Shown here: piece after piece, positions 6,677 to 13,410 of the stretch
Layout of the letters: each line of letters starts with the position of its first letter
How positions within the stretch are numbered: the stretch's first letter is position 1
Assembly (NCBI GenBank): GCA_038870455.1
Contig: JAWCPB010000029.1
Span: 1 to 13,410, forward strand
From: Candidatus Micrarchaeia archaeon
GTDB lineage: Archaea > Micrarchaeota > Micrarchaeia > Burarchaeales > JACRGF01
DNA: 13,410 nt
Direction: 5' to 3'
Notes under the pieces: generated by a model
The model's database searches: none
Told to the model about the DNA's origin: nothing
Seen by the model: only the letters and a program-made list of their open reading frames with translations
Position numbers and translations under genes: made by a program

Positions 6677-7613
6677 ACTCCTTCACAACTCTACCTTCGT
6701 CATATAATACTATCTTTTCTGTGGTCTTATTATAGAAAAGGACCGGCTTCCAAAGAGGCTTTTCAAGAAAAATCAAAATGCTGGCAAATTTATCATCTTT
6801 CCATGAAACTCTGAAGGTAGGAGTAATCTTCGTGAGCTCCTTGAATTTCTGGAGAGCCTCTGCTTTTTCTTTGGTAACCGCCACAACCATGGCAGGCCGT
6901 AACCTCCCTTTTTCATCATAGCCATATAGGTTTTTGGCGGCCACCACTATTTCAAGGAAAGGAGTGACCACCATAGTGAAATTCGTTGGCGGGCTCTCGG
7001 AGGAGTATATCCGAGTCCATTCACTAGTAGTCATGAAAGGGATGCTCGCCGCAAATACAACACCTCTTTCCCCTGTATCTTCCTTAAAGCACGTGGTTTC
7101 TTTTACGCGCTTTTCAAATGGGCGCGGATACTCTACCTTATCTATACATTCCACATTCATCACTTTCACAGTACTACAGAGAAACACCTCGGAAAAATGG
7201 TCGCCCACCATAAGAACTACTCTTTTCAGCTCTTCATCGCAGCCTGCGTAATTTTGACACAAACTCGCTGTAACGTACTCCAACGATGCTTTTTTCAAAG
7301 CATCAAATAGAAGGGTGATGTCCGTATTGATACTGAGGGGCTCGCCTTTCGTCGCCCACGACGAAGAAGTGACATACCCATTTTTTTTGATTGTAAGTGC
7401 AGCATGTACGGTATCGCGGGCAATTCTATTCTTATCAGTGAGAAAAATATAGGTAGTTAGCGTGGTTGTTTCCGGAGACAACGACCAAAAACAGCTTTCA
7501 ACTAACGGCAGACCAAACAGGACAGCGCCTGTCCTAACCGCTTTGCGCAAAAACTCGCGTCTGGATAGATTGTTTTGCTGGGGGGAGCGCTGAGCTTGTT
7601 TCGCCGGCTGCAT
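6624..7613 (-). CDS. Hypothetical exported or membrane-anchored protein with twin-arginine-like signal; low GC
   Basis: N-terminus LSRREFLRK followed by hydrophobic GAVLFGLPLVESCFW (possible lipobox Cys). 329-aa open frame in AT-richer DNA. No family recognised. Confidence 0.7.
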   Translation of the reverse strand: MQPAKQAQRSPQQNNLSRREFLRKAVRTGAVLFGLPLVESCFWSLSPETTTLTTYIFLTDKNRIARDTVHAALTIKKNGYVTSSSWATKGEPLSINTDITLLFDALKKASLEYVTASLCQNYAGCDEELKRVVLMVGDHFSEVFLCSTVKVMNVECIDKVEYPRPFEKRVKETTCFKEDTGERGVVFAASIPFMTTSEWTRIYSSESPPTNFTMVVTPFLEIVVAAKNLYGYDEKGRLRPAMVVAVTKEKAEALQKFKELTKITPTFRVSWKDDKFASILIFLEKPLWKPVLFYNKTTEKIVLYDEGRVVKEFKIPLLSDPYVLETQAE

Positions 7614-7634
7614 CAATAGTTATTTTTCTCATCC

Positions 7635-7646
7635 TTATATTTAAAG
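7635..7646. promoter_or_regulatory. Shared TATA box between the twin-arginine gene and the AbrB-wHTH gene
   Basis: TTATATTTAAAG (+) / CTTTAAATATAA (-) centred in the 52-bp spacer between ATG 7613 (-) and ATG 7666 (+). Confidence 0.7.
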
Positions 7647-7665
7647 GTTGCGCGCAAATAGCTAT

Positions 7666-8496
7666 ATGGCAAAACTGCTCAGGCTTGAGCAGGGTATCGG
7701 CGTGGTGCTTCCTAGAGAAGTCCTCGCCGCGCTGGGCGTTGGAGAAGGCGATGAGCTCGAGCTCAGCATCGCAAAACCCGGCATAGTGGTGTTGACGAAA
7801 GCCGAGGCGAGGCCTAAAGGAGAGCCGCCCGCGCGCCCTCCGCAGCCTCTCTCTGCCGAGGAGCTTTCCCTCCTCAGGAAGCTCGACGCCATCCGATTTG
7901 CTGACCGCGTTCCGCTTGAGGTGAACAAGGGGCTGACCGTGGGCGAGCGGAAGCTTCTCGACGGGCTCATAAAAAAGCGCGTGGTGACCATCTACAAGGG
8001 AGGACGGTACGCGAGAGGCGTGTACAACATTCCGCGGGAGTACTATCCGCTGGTGAAGAAAGCGCGGGAAGCCGGGCCGTCCGCGCAGCCGGCTGTCCAG
8101 CCGCGTCTCCCCCAGCAGCTTCCGCGGCCGCCTTCTTCGGCCGCGTCTCCCCCGCCTCCTCTCTCCAGCCTCCAGCACCTCGAGCGGTTCGGCTTCATGA
8201 TCGTGTCCAGCGAGGCCGAGGCCAAGAGCATTTCGGCGCAGCTTGAAAAAAGAATAAAGGCGGGCGAAATTCTGGGCACGCGCGGGTTCGACAGAAAATT
8301 CTATGTCGCCACGAGGGGACTGTTCTTGAAGCTGGGCGGCGCTGTGAGAGGAATTCTCAAGGGCGGCGACAAGAGCGTTGCCGAAATCGCCAGGTCGCTC
8401 GGCTGCAGCGAGGACGCCGCGCGAACGGTGCTCGAGCTGTTGAACGAGCAGGGCGATGTCATTGAAAAAAGGCGTGGGATCTACCGCCTCAGCTAG
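7666..8496 (+). CDS. AbrB/MazE/SpoVT-domain protein with C-terminal winged helix-turn-helix
   Basis: N-terminal GIGVVLPREVLAALGVGEGDELEL matches the swapped-hairpin pattern. C-terminal SVAEIARSLGCSEDAARTVLELLNEQGDVIEKRRGIY is wHTH-like. Two Pro-rich linkers. Start ATG 7666; 276 aa. Confidence 0.8.
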   Translation: MAKLLRLEQGIGVVLPREVLAALGVGEGDELELSIAKPGIVVLTKAEARPKGEPPARPPQPLSAEELSLLRKLDAIRFADRVPLEVNKGLTVGERKLLDGLIKKRVVTIYKGGRYARGVYNIPREYYPLVKKAREAGPSAQPAVQPRLPQQLPRPPSSAASPPPPLSSLQHLERFGFMIVSSEAEAKSISAQLEKRIKAGEILGTRGFDRKFYVATRGLFLKLGGAVRGILKGGDKSVAEIARSLGCSEDAARTVLELLNEQGDVIEKRRGIYRLS

Positions 8497-8504
8497 GTGG
8501 CCGC

Positions 8505-9665
8505 GTGCTCATTATTAAAGACGCTCTGCACGGTGGTGTCCGCCTCTCGCAAGCCGAAGCCGCCCTTCTTGACTCCAAGCCCCTCCAGCGCCTGCGCGGG
8601 GTGCGGCAGCTGGCGCTCGCTTCCCTCGTCTATCCGGGCGCGAACCACACGCGCTTCGAGCATTCGCTTGGAACAGCGCATCTCGCGGGCAGGCTGTGCG
8701 GGCAACTGAGCCTGCCTCCCGAGGATGCGGTGGAGGTGCGCGCAGCCGCCCTCCTGCACGATGTTGGCCACCCCGCCTTCTCGCACGAGCTCGAAGAGCT
8801 TGCCATTCGGTTTGCAGGCAAGGGGCACGAGGCTGCGGGGAGGGAAAAAATAGTCAAGGGCGAGATCGCCGGAGTTCTTGAAAAAAACGGGCTTTCCCCA
8901 GCGAAAATCGGGAGTTTGGCTGTCGGGAGAGGGCTCGGCTGCCTCATCACGGGCGAACTGGGAAGCGACAGGATGGATTACCTGGCCCGGGACGCTTATT
9001 ACACTGGCGTGGCTTTCGGCGTGGTGGACAGCGACCGCATCATCGAATGCACTCTCCTCAGGAGGGGAAGGCTGCTCGTGGATGAAGGCGGCTTGGCAGC
9101 GGCCGAAGCCCTGCTCGCAGCGCGTTTTCTCATGTTCTCGGCAGTCTACCTCCATCACACCGTCCGCATCGCCAGCGCGATGCTCTACAAGGCGGCGGAG
9201 CAAGCGCTTGAGGAGGGTGAAGTGCCGGCGGATTCGCTTCTCTCGCACACCGACAGCGCGTTCTTTCACCTCCTTAAGAACGCGCCCTCCAGCCGCGCTC
9301 TCGCTCTCGCGCTTGAGGAAAGGAGGCTTTTCAAGCGTGCCTTTGAGGTTCATCCCTCCGCGCTTTCGGAGAGCCTCAGGAGGGCGCTGCGGAGTCCGCG
9401 GGGGCTCAGGAAAATTGAGAGAGAGCTCGCGGCGGCCGCCGGAGCGAGCGCCGGCGACGTCATCATCGACTTTCCTCTGATGGCGTGGGAAAAGGGCGTT
9501 GGCGTGCGCGTGCTGAAGGAGGGAAAGGAAAGGCGGCTGGAAGAACTTTCCGAGCTCGTCGCCTCGTTGAAGCGGGCCGAGGCCAGCAGGGCGGGAATAA
9601 TCGTCGCCTGCCCGAAAAAAAGCGTGGAGAGGGTAAGGCGCGCGTGCAGGAGAATCTTTGCATAG
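8505..9665 (+). CDS. HD-domain phosphohydrolase, COG1078/SAMHD1-like (putative dNTP triphosphohydrolase)
   Basis: D.LHG, QRLR.VRQL, VYPGANHTRFEHSLG, ALLHDVGH.AFSH, DRMDYL.RD and VYLH; the H...HD...D metal ligands are intact. AGGTGG SD precedes the GTG; 8 nt from the upstream gene. Confidence 0.93.
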   Translation: MLIIKDALHGGVRLSQAEAALLDSKPLQRLRGVRQLALASLVYPGANHTRFEHSLGTAHLAGRLCGQLSLPPEDAVEVRAAALLHDVGHPAFSHELEELAIRFAGKGHEAAGREKIVKGEIAGVLEKNGLSPAKIGSLAVGRGLGCLITGELGSDRMDYLARDAYYTGVAFGVVDSDRIIECTLLRRGRLLVDEGGLAAAEALLAARFLMFSAVYLHHTVRIASAMLYKAAEQALEEGEVPADSLLSHTDSAFFHLLKNAPSSRALALALEERRLFKRAFEVHPSALSESLRRALRSPRGLRKIERELAAAAGASAGDVIIDFPLMAWEKGVGVRVLKEGKERRLEELSELVASLKRAEASRAGIIVACPKKSVERVRRACRRIFA

Positions 9666-9670
9666 TTTTT
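9666..9670 (+). terminator. Possible oligo-T terminator after the HD gene
   Basis: TTTTT immediately after TAG 9665, in the 6-bp gap between convergent genes. A short run and weak evidence. Confidence 0.3.
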
Positions 9671-9671
9671 G

Positions 9672-9830
9672 CTAGCGCACCACGAGGCTCGCTATCTTCA
9701 CGAGCGCGATGAAGGCTATGCTCACCGCAACAACCGCCCTGGGGTCAAGCTGCGGCCCTCCCGTGGCGATGTCGTAGAAGCGCAGTATGCCCGTCATGCT
9801 CGAGGGGCCTGAAATCCTTTCCTGAGCCAT
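9672..9830 (-). CDS. secG: Preprotein translocase subunit Sec61beta (archaeal SecG)
   Basis: Hand translation MAQERISGPSSMTGILRFYDIATGGPQLDPRAVVAVSIAFIALVKIASLVVR (52 aa). It shows the G(I/L).RFY...G..LDP motif plus one C-terminal TM helix. Below the apparent ORF-track size cutoff. Confidence 0.9.
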   Translation of the reverse strand: MAQERISGPSSMTGILRFYDIATGGPQLDPRAVVAVSIAFIALVKIASLVVR

Positions 9831-9852
9831 TGTCTCCCGTTTCAGCGTTTGG

Positions 9853-9860
9853 TTTAATAA
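9853..9860 (-). promoter_or_regulatory. Putative TATA box for Sec61beta
   Basis: TTATTAAA on the minus strand about 23 nt upstream of ATG 9830. Confidence 0.55.
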
Positions 9861-9867
9861 TGATTTC

Positions 9868-10428
9868 CTAACAGCCTTCTAATAGCTTTATCATTTCGGA
9901 GTGCCCGAAAATTCTAGCCCAATCTTGTGCCGTCTTTCCATCCCTGTCCCGTAGATTAGGATACGCTCCCTTGCCGAGGAGTAGCTTGGCTATTTCCAAC
10001 CGGTCATTCCAAGCAGCAGCCATGAGCGGCGTTCTTCCCATCGCGTCTTGTATGTTCACATTCGCCCCATGCTCAACCAATAGCCTAACCATTTCCTGAT
10101 GGTCCTCTATCACGGCCCACGCGAGCGGCGTCCATCCGAGCTTGTCTTTGGCATTCGGGTTTGCCCCTTTACCGAGTAACAGCCTGGCTATTCCCAAGTG
10201 ATTCTCTGTTGCAGCCCAGTGAAGCGGCGTCTTTCCATACTTGTCCCGCGCATTCACGTTCACTCCTTGTTTTTTGAGGCGCTCGCTCACTCCTTCAACA
10301 TTGCCTTCCTTGCAGAGCCTGTGCAGCGATACGCGCTTGAAAATCTGCTCGGCCTTTGGCGGCCTGAAGAACGTGTTTTTTTGTAAAAGCTGATGGGCGG
10401 CGCCGCGTCTTTCCACAATCTTTCTCAT
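9868..10428 (-). CDS. Ankyrin-repeat protein (about 5 repeats)
   Basis: 33-aa periodic GKTPLHWAA, GWTPLAWAV, GRTPLMAAA and GKTAQDWA, with LL..GA..N..D, plus a degenerate first repeat. Confidence 0.95.
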   Translation of the reverse strand: MRKIVERRGAAHQLLQKNTFFRPPKAEQIFKRVSLHRLCKEGNVEGVSERLKKQGVNVNARDKYGKTPLHWAATENHLGIARLLLGKGANPNAKDKLGWTPLAWAVIEDHQEMVRLLVEHGANVNIQDAMGRTPLMAAAWNDRLEIAKLLLGKGAYPNLRDRDGKTAQDWARIFGHSEMIKLLEGC

Positions 10429-10432
10429 TTAC

Positions 10433-12826
10433 TCAGCCTGTTTCGCGCCTGCGTTTCCTGAGCCTCTCGAGCCTTTCCTCGAGCTCGCGCGTGAGGCCCT
10501 CAAGGTCTTCTTCTTCGCCTGCGGGCCGCTCCTCGCGCTTCTCCTCTTCTTTTTCATGCTCGGGCGCCTCTCCCTCTTCCTTCTTGGTCTCGAAAGTGAG
10601 GCTGGCGAGGTCTTTTTCGGTCACTCCCTCGCTTGTCTCAGAGACGATAGTCTCTTCCCCGCCTTCGCCATAGTCGGGCGGCTGGACTTCCTTCGCTCTC
10701 TGGGCCTGTTCGCTTCTCTTTATGCCATAGAGCACCATGTACACGACAATCAGCAGCAGCGCGGCGAACAGCACCGTGCCCACCACTATCCACATGGGCA
10801 GGCTCGTGCTCATGGCATTCACGAGGCTGTTCGCGCCGCTTCTGAGCGCGTTGAGCAGCGCGGTGGCGAAGTCAGCCGGCGGAGTGGCGATCGTGACGTT
10901 GGAGACGTTCTCGACCGGCGCAGGCGGGCTCACATTGATGGGTGGCGCAGGCGGGGTCACCGTGATGGCTCTCGTAGTCACGTTGCTTTTGAGGTTGTAG
11001 TCCGGCGTTGCAAACGAGTAGGTTCCCTCGCGAAGGGCCGTGAATGAAGTCATGCCGCTCGCGTTGGTCAGCAGGGTGAAGCTCGGGTCGATGGGTGGCA
11101 TGACGACAATGCGCGCGCCCGCAACGGGCCGCCCGTCGAGAGTCAGGAGCGTGAGCACGACCTCCTCGCCTTTCTCGACTATCTGCGGGGCGAGCAGCTG
11201 CACCGTCTCCTTCGGCGGCGTGACGTTGGCCGCAGGCGGAGTCACCGAGACATTCTCCCCGCCGGTCGGGCCTCCGAACTCGGGCACTTTGCAGATGAAG
11301 TTAATGCACTGTCCGTAGAAGCAATCATCGCTCGTCCTGCACGGCTGGCCCAAATAGGATTTGTTTTGGCTCTCGCCACCGCCGCCTCCACCACCTCCGC
11401 CTGCTCCCCCGCCGCCTCCCTGCTGCGCCTGCACCGTAACGCTGGCAGTCCCGTTTATCGAAGTGTTGGTGACATAGCGCGCCATGACCGTGCCGCTGCC
11501 GACCGTTGTGGCCGTGAACACTCCACCCGCATCAATCGTTCCCACGTCTCCGCTCACGCTCCACTCAAGCGCGGCATCGTTGATGGTTCCGAGCGAGTTG
11601 TTATAGTAATCAAGCCCGCTCGCCGTGAAATGCTGAGTGTAGCCGATGGTCACTGTGGCCGAAGCCGGGCTGATCGCAAGCCTGTACAGCGGGCCTGGCG
11701 TGACTGTCACGCTCGAGGAGTTGCTGACATTCTGGTAGGTTGCCGCCACCGTCCCGCTGCCTGCAGTCGTGGCCGTGAACACCCCGCTTGCATTGACTGT
11801 GCCGATGCCGCCCGTCACGCTCCAGTTTGCCAGGCTGGTCACATCCTGCGAGCTCGTGTCGCTGTAGTAGGCGGTCGCGGTGAATGCCTGCTGAGCGCCT
11901 GCCGCGAGGCTCGCGCTCGCGGGCGTGACAACGAGATAGGAGAGCGTGGCGCTCGGCGGAATCGGGTTGATGACGAAATCGACTTGCGCGCTGACGCCCA
12001 CGTTCGTCACCGTCTGGCTCGTGTAGTTCGTTTTCGTGGCAGTGACGTTGTATATGCCGGGCTCGAGCGAAATGCTGTAGTTGCCCGTAGCGTCGCTGAC
12101 CGCGCTTCCACGCACCACCGCGCCCTGCAGCGCTTGAATGATCGCCCCTCCGACCGGCGCGCCCGTGCCGTTCCTCACCGTGCCGTAAATGCTTCCATTC
12201 GTCGGAGAGCCGAACAGCGTGAGGTTCAGGTAATTCGTCTGGCCGAATTGAACTGCCACAGTGGTGTTCGCGGGAAGGTAGTTTGCGGGTGGAGTCACCC
12301 GCACCTCATAGGCAGGTAGGGTGAGCCCGCTGATGGAGTAGAAGCCGCTTCCGTCCGTTGAATCGCTCGCCTTATACTGCCCGTTATAGTAGAGCGCCAC
12401 CGAAGCGCCGGGTATTCCCTGCCCGCTCGTGTTGAGTATGTATCCCTCCAGCGTTGCGGGATTTACCGGCGTGAGCGTGAAATTGTAATAAGCTGGGTTG
12501 AAGTAAATGTCGGTTCTGGCCGGATCGCTGTTGTTCACGAATGTCGTGCCGGGCGGTCCATTGAGCTCCCTCCTGAGCTCGTAGTAGCCGGGCGCATAGA
12601 TGGACAGGTTGTAGTTCCCATCCGGCAGTCCGCTGACGTTGAAGAACCCATTGGCATCGGTGAGCGTATTGTTTATCTCAGTGCCATCAGACAGGAGGAA
12701 CGCCCTGACGGTTGCGCCACCAACATAAGCAGTGCCGTTGCTCACATAACCGGCTATGCTGCCCGCCCAGGCAAAGCTGGCGAAAACAGCCAGCACGCCG
12801 ATGACCACAAACAATCTCGCTTTCAT
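10433..12826 (-). CDS. Large membrane-anchored surface glycoprotein: signal peptide, 3 carboxypeptidase-regulatory-like domains, 2 Big_2-type Ig domains, poly-Gly linker, 4-Cys module, further beta domain, TM helix, acidic tail
   Basis: Signal MKARLFVVIGVLAVFASFAWA; repeated G.I.G.V...G.P..GA.V...TD..G.Y.I..L.PG.Y; two (V/I)(T/S)PASA...FTA...WSV.G..GT....GVFTATT.GSGTV repeats; TM WIVVGTVLFAALLLIVVYMVLYGI. GGGGAG SD upstream. Confidence 0.9.
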   Translation of the reverse strand: MKARLFVVIGVLAVFASFAWAGSIAGYVSNGTAYVGGATVRAFLLSDGTEINNTLTDANGFFNVSGLPDGNYNLSIYAPGYYELRRELNGPPGTTFVNNSDPARTDIYFNPAYYNFTLTPVNPATLEGYILNTSGQGIPGASVALYYNGQYKASDSTDGSGFYSISGLTLPAYEVRVTPPANYLPANTTVAVQFGQTNYLNLTLFGSPTNGSIYGTVRNGTGAPVGGAIIQALQGAVVRGSAVSDATGNYSISLEPGIYNVTATKTNYTSQTVTNVGVSAQVDFVINPIPPSATLSYLVVTPASASLAAGAQQAFTATAYYSDTSSQDVTSLANWSVTGGIGTVNASGVFTATTAGSGTVAATYQNVSNSSSVTVTPGPLYRLAISPASATVTIGYTQHFTASGLDYYNNSLGTINDAALEWSVSGDVGTIDAGGVFTATTVGSGTVMARYVTNTSINGTASVTVQAQQGGGGGAGGGGGGGGGESQNKSYLGQPCRTSDDCFYGQCINFICKVPEFGGPTGGENVSVTPPAANVTPPKETVQLLAPQIVEKGEEVVLTLLTLDGRPVAGARIVVMPPIDPSFTLLTNASGMTSFTALREGTYSFATPDYNLKSNVTTRAITVTPPAPPINVSPPAPVENVSNVTIATPPADFATALLNALRSGANSLVNAMSTSLPMWIVVGTVLFAALLLIVVYMVLYGIKRSEQAQRAKEVQPPDYGEGGEETIVSETSEGVTEKDLASLTFETKKEEGEAPEHEKEEEKREERPAGEEEDLEGLTRELEERLERLRKRRRETG
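11432..11945 (-). repeat. Tandem pair of Ig-like (Big_2-type) domain repeats within the surface protein
   Basis: Two units of about 85 aa share GVFTATTxGSGTV. The nucleotide string gtggccgtgaacac occurs at about 11508 and about 11769. Boundaries are approximate. Confidence 0.75.
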
Positions 12827-12835
12827 TTTTCTCCC

Positions 12836-13408
12836 CTATATGAATGCAAAGTTCACCGTTGTGTTCTGGCCCGCGACAATCATCTCGTTGAACGAAGTCT
12901 GGCTCTGACCGAGCGGAGTGGTTGCCCTCACATCATACAGCCCGGCCGGAAGATTCGGGATGCTGTACTGGCCCGCTGCGTTCGTCGTGTCGCTGCCAAT
13001 TACCGAGCCTCCCTGAATGGCCTCCACGAGCGTGCCTGGAATTGGGGCGCCTGTGATACCATCGACGACTACCCCGATGAACCCTCCGAGCCTGTACATT
13101 ATCATATCCACATCGCTGACCCCGCCGGCAGTGACAACCACGCCGCTTCTCCTCTGCGTGGCATAGCCTGCCTTTGTGGCCGTCAGGCTGTACGTGCCCG
13201 GCTCAACCTGGATGGCGTAATTTCCGCTGCCGTCGGTGAGCGCCCAGCGGCCCGTGCCGTCAACGCTCACATTCACGCCGGCGATTGGCGTGCCATCGCT
13301 TTCGGTGACCGTGCCGCTGATAGTCCCGAGCTGCGTCAGCGTGAAGTTCAGCCACGTGGTCTGGCCGGCCTGCACGCTCACGCCCGTGACAGTCTGGTCA
13401 AGGTAGCC
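12836..13408 (-). CDS. Carboxypeptidase-regulatory-like (transthyretin/CnaB-like) repeat protein, C-terminal part (start beyond the right edge)
   Basis: The frame stays open to the window edge (GYLDQTVTGVSVQAGQ...). Two full repeats: GTISGTVTESDGTPIAG...TDGSGNY...PGTY and G.VVDGITGAPIPG...TNAAGQY.IPNLPAG.Y. No C-terminal TM helix. Confidence 0.88.
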   Translation of the reverse strand, partial: GYLDQTVTGVSVQAGQTTWLNFTLTQLGTISGTVTESDGTPIAGVNVSVDGTGRWALTDGSGNYAIQVEPGTYSLTATKAGYATQRRSGVVVTAGGVSDVDMIMYRLGGFIGVVVDGITGAPIPGTLVEAIQGGSVIGSDTTNAAGQYSIPNLPAGLYDVRATTPLGQSQTSFNEMIVAGQNTTVNFAFI

Positions 13409-13410
13409 CG

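Noticed and set aside
7381..7388. T8 homopolymer as a phase-variation or frameshift site
   Set aside because: It encodes Lys-Lys-Asn in an intact low-GC frame, and nothing suggests slippage.
11374..11420. CCN triplet run as a microsatellite or repeat array
   Set aside because: It consists of mixed Gly codons encoding the poly-Gly linker, not a perfect nucleotide repeat.
1..13410. CRISPR array, tRNA/rRNA, IS element, integrase or DGR repeat pair
   Set aside because: By eye there are no spaced direct repeats, cloverleaf motifs, transposase/recombinase/RT motifs or long near-identical repeats, and intergenic gaps are about 60 bp or less. Not confirmed computationally.

Overview
A gene-dense, GC-rich archaeal chromosomal segment. 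Archaeal origin is supported by Sec61beta, Dph6, TATA boxes and leaderless starts; a compact DPANN/Micrarchaeota-like lineage is only my inference. Left to right: a truncated HEAT-repeat-like gene, a 49-aa micro-ORF, dph6, a membrane protein, an operon of an MTAP-family phosphorylase and ahcY (both with 6-oxopurine/inosine-type signatures), and a divergent pentein (amidinotransferase/deiminase) enzyme. Next come a Cys-rich small ORF, a HAD phosphatase preceded by a 21-aa very basic micro-ORF, an AMMECR1 protein lacking its signature Cys, and a low-GC twin-arginine exported protein. The right part holds an AbrB-wHTH regulator paired with a SAMHD1-like HD hydrolase, Sec61beta, an ankyrin protein and two large surface proteins. 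Four CDSs are not listed as such in the ORF track: 2..253, 286..435, 5876..5941 and 9672..9830. All four divergent gene pairs share a single central TATA-like box in a 49-60 bp spacer. I saw no tRNA, rRNA, CRISPR array or transposase.
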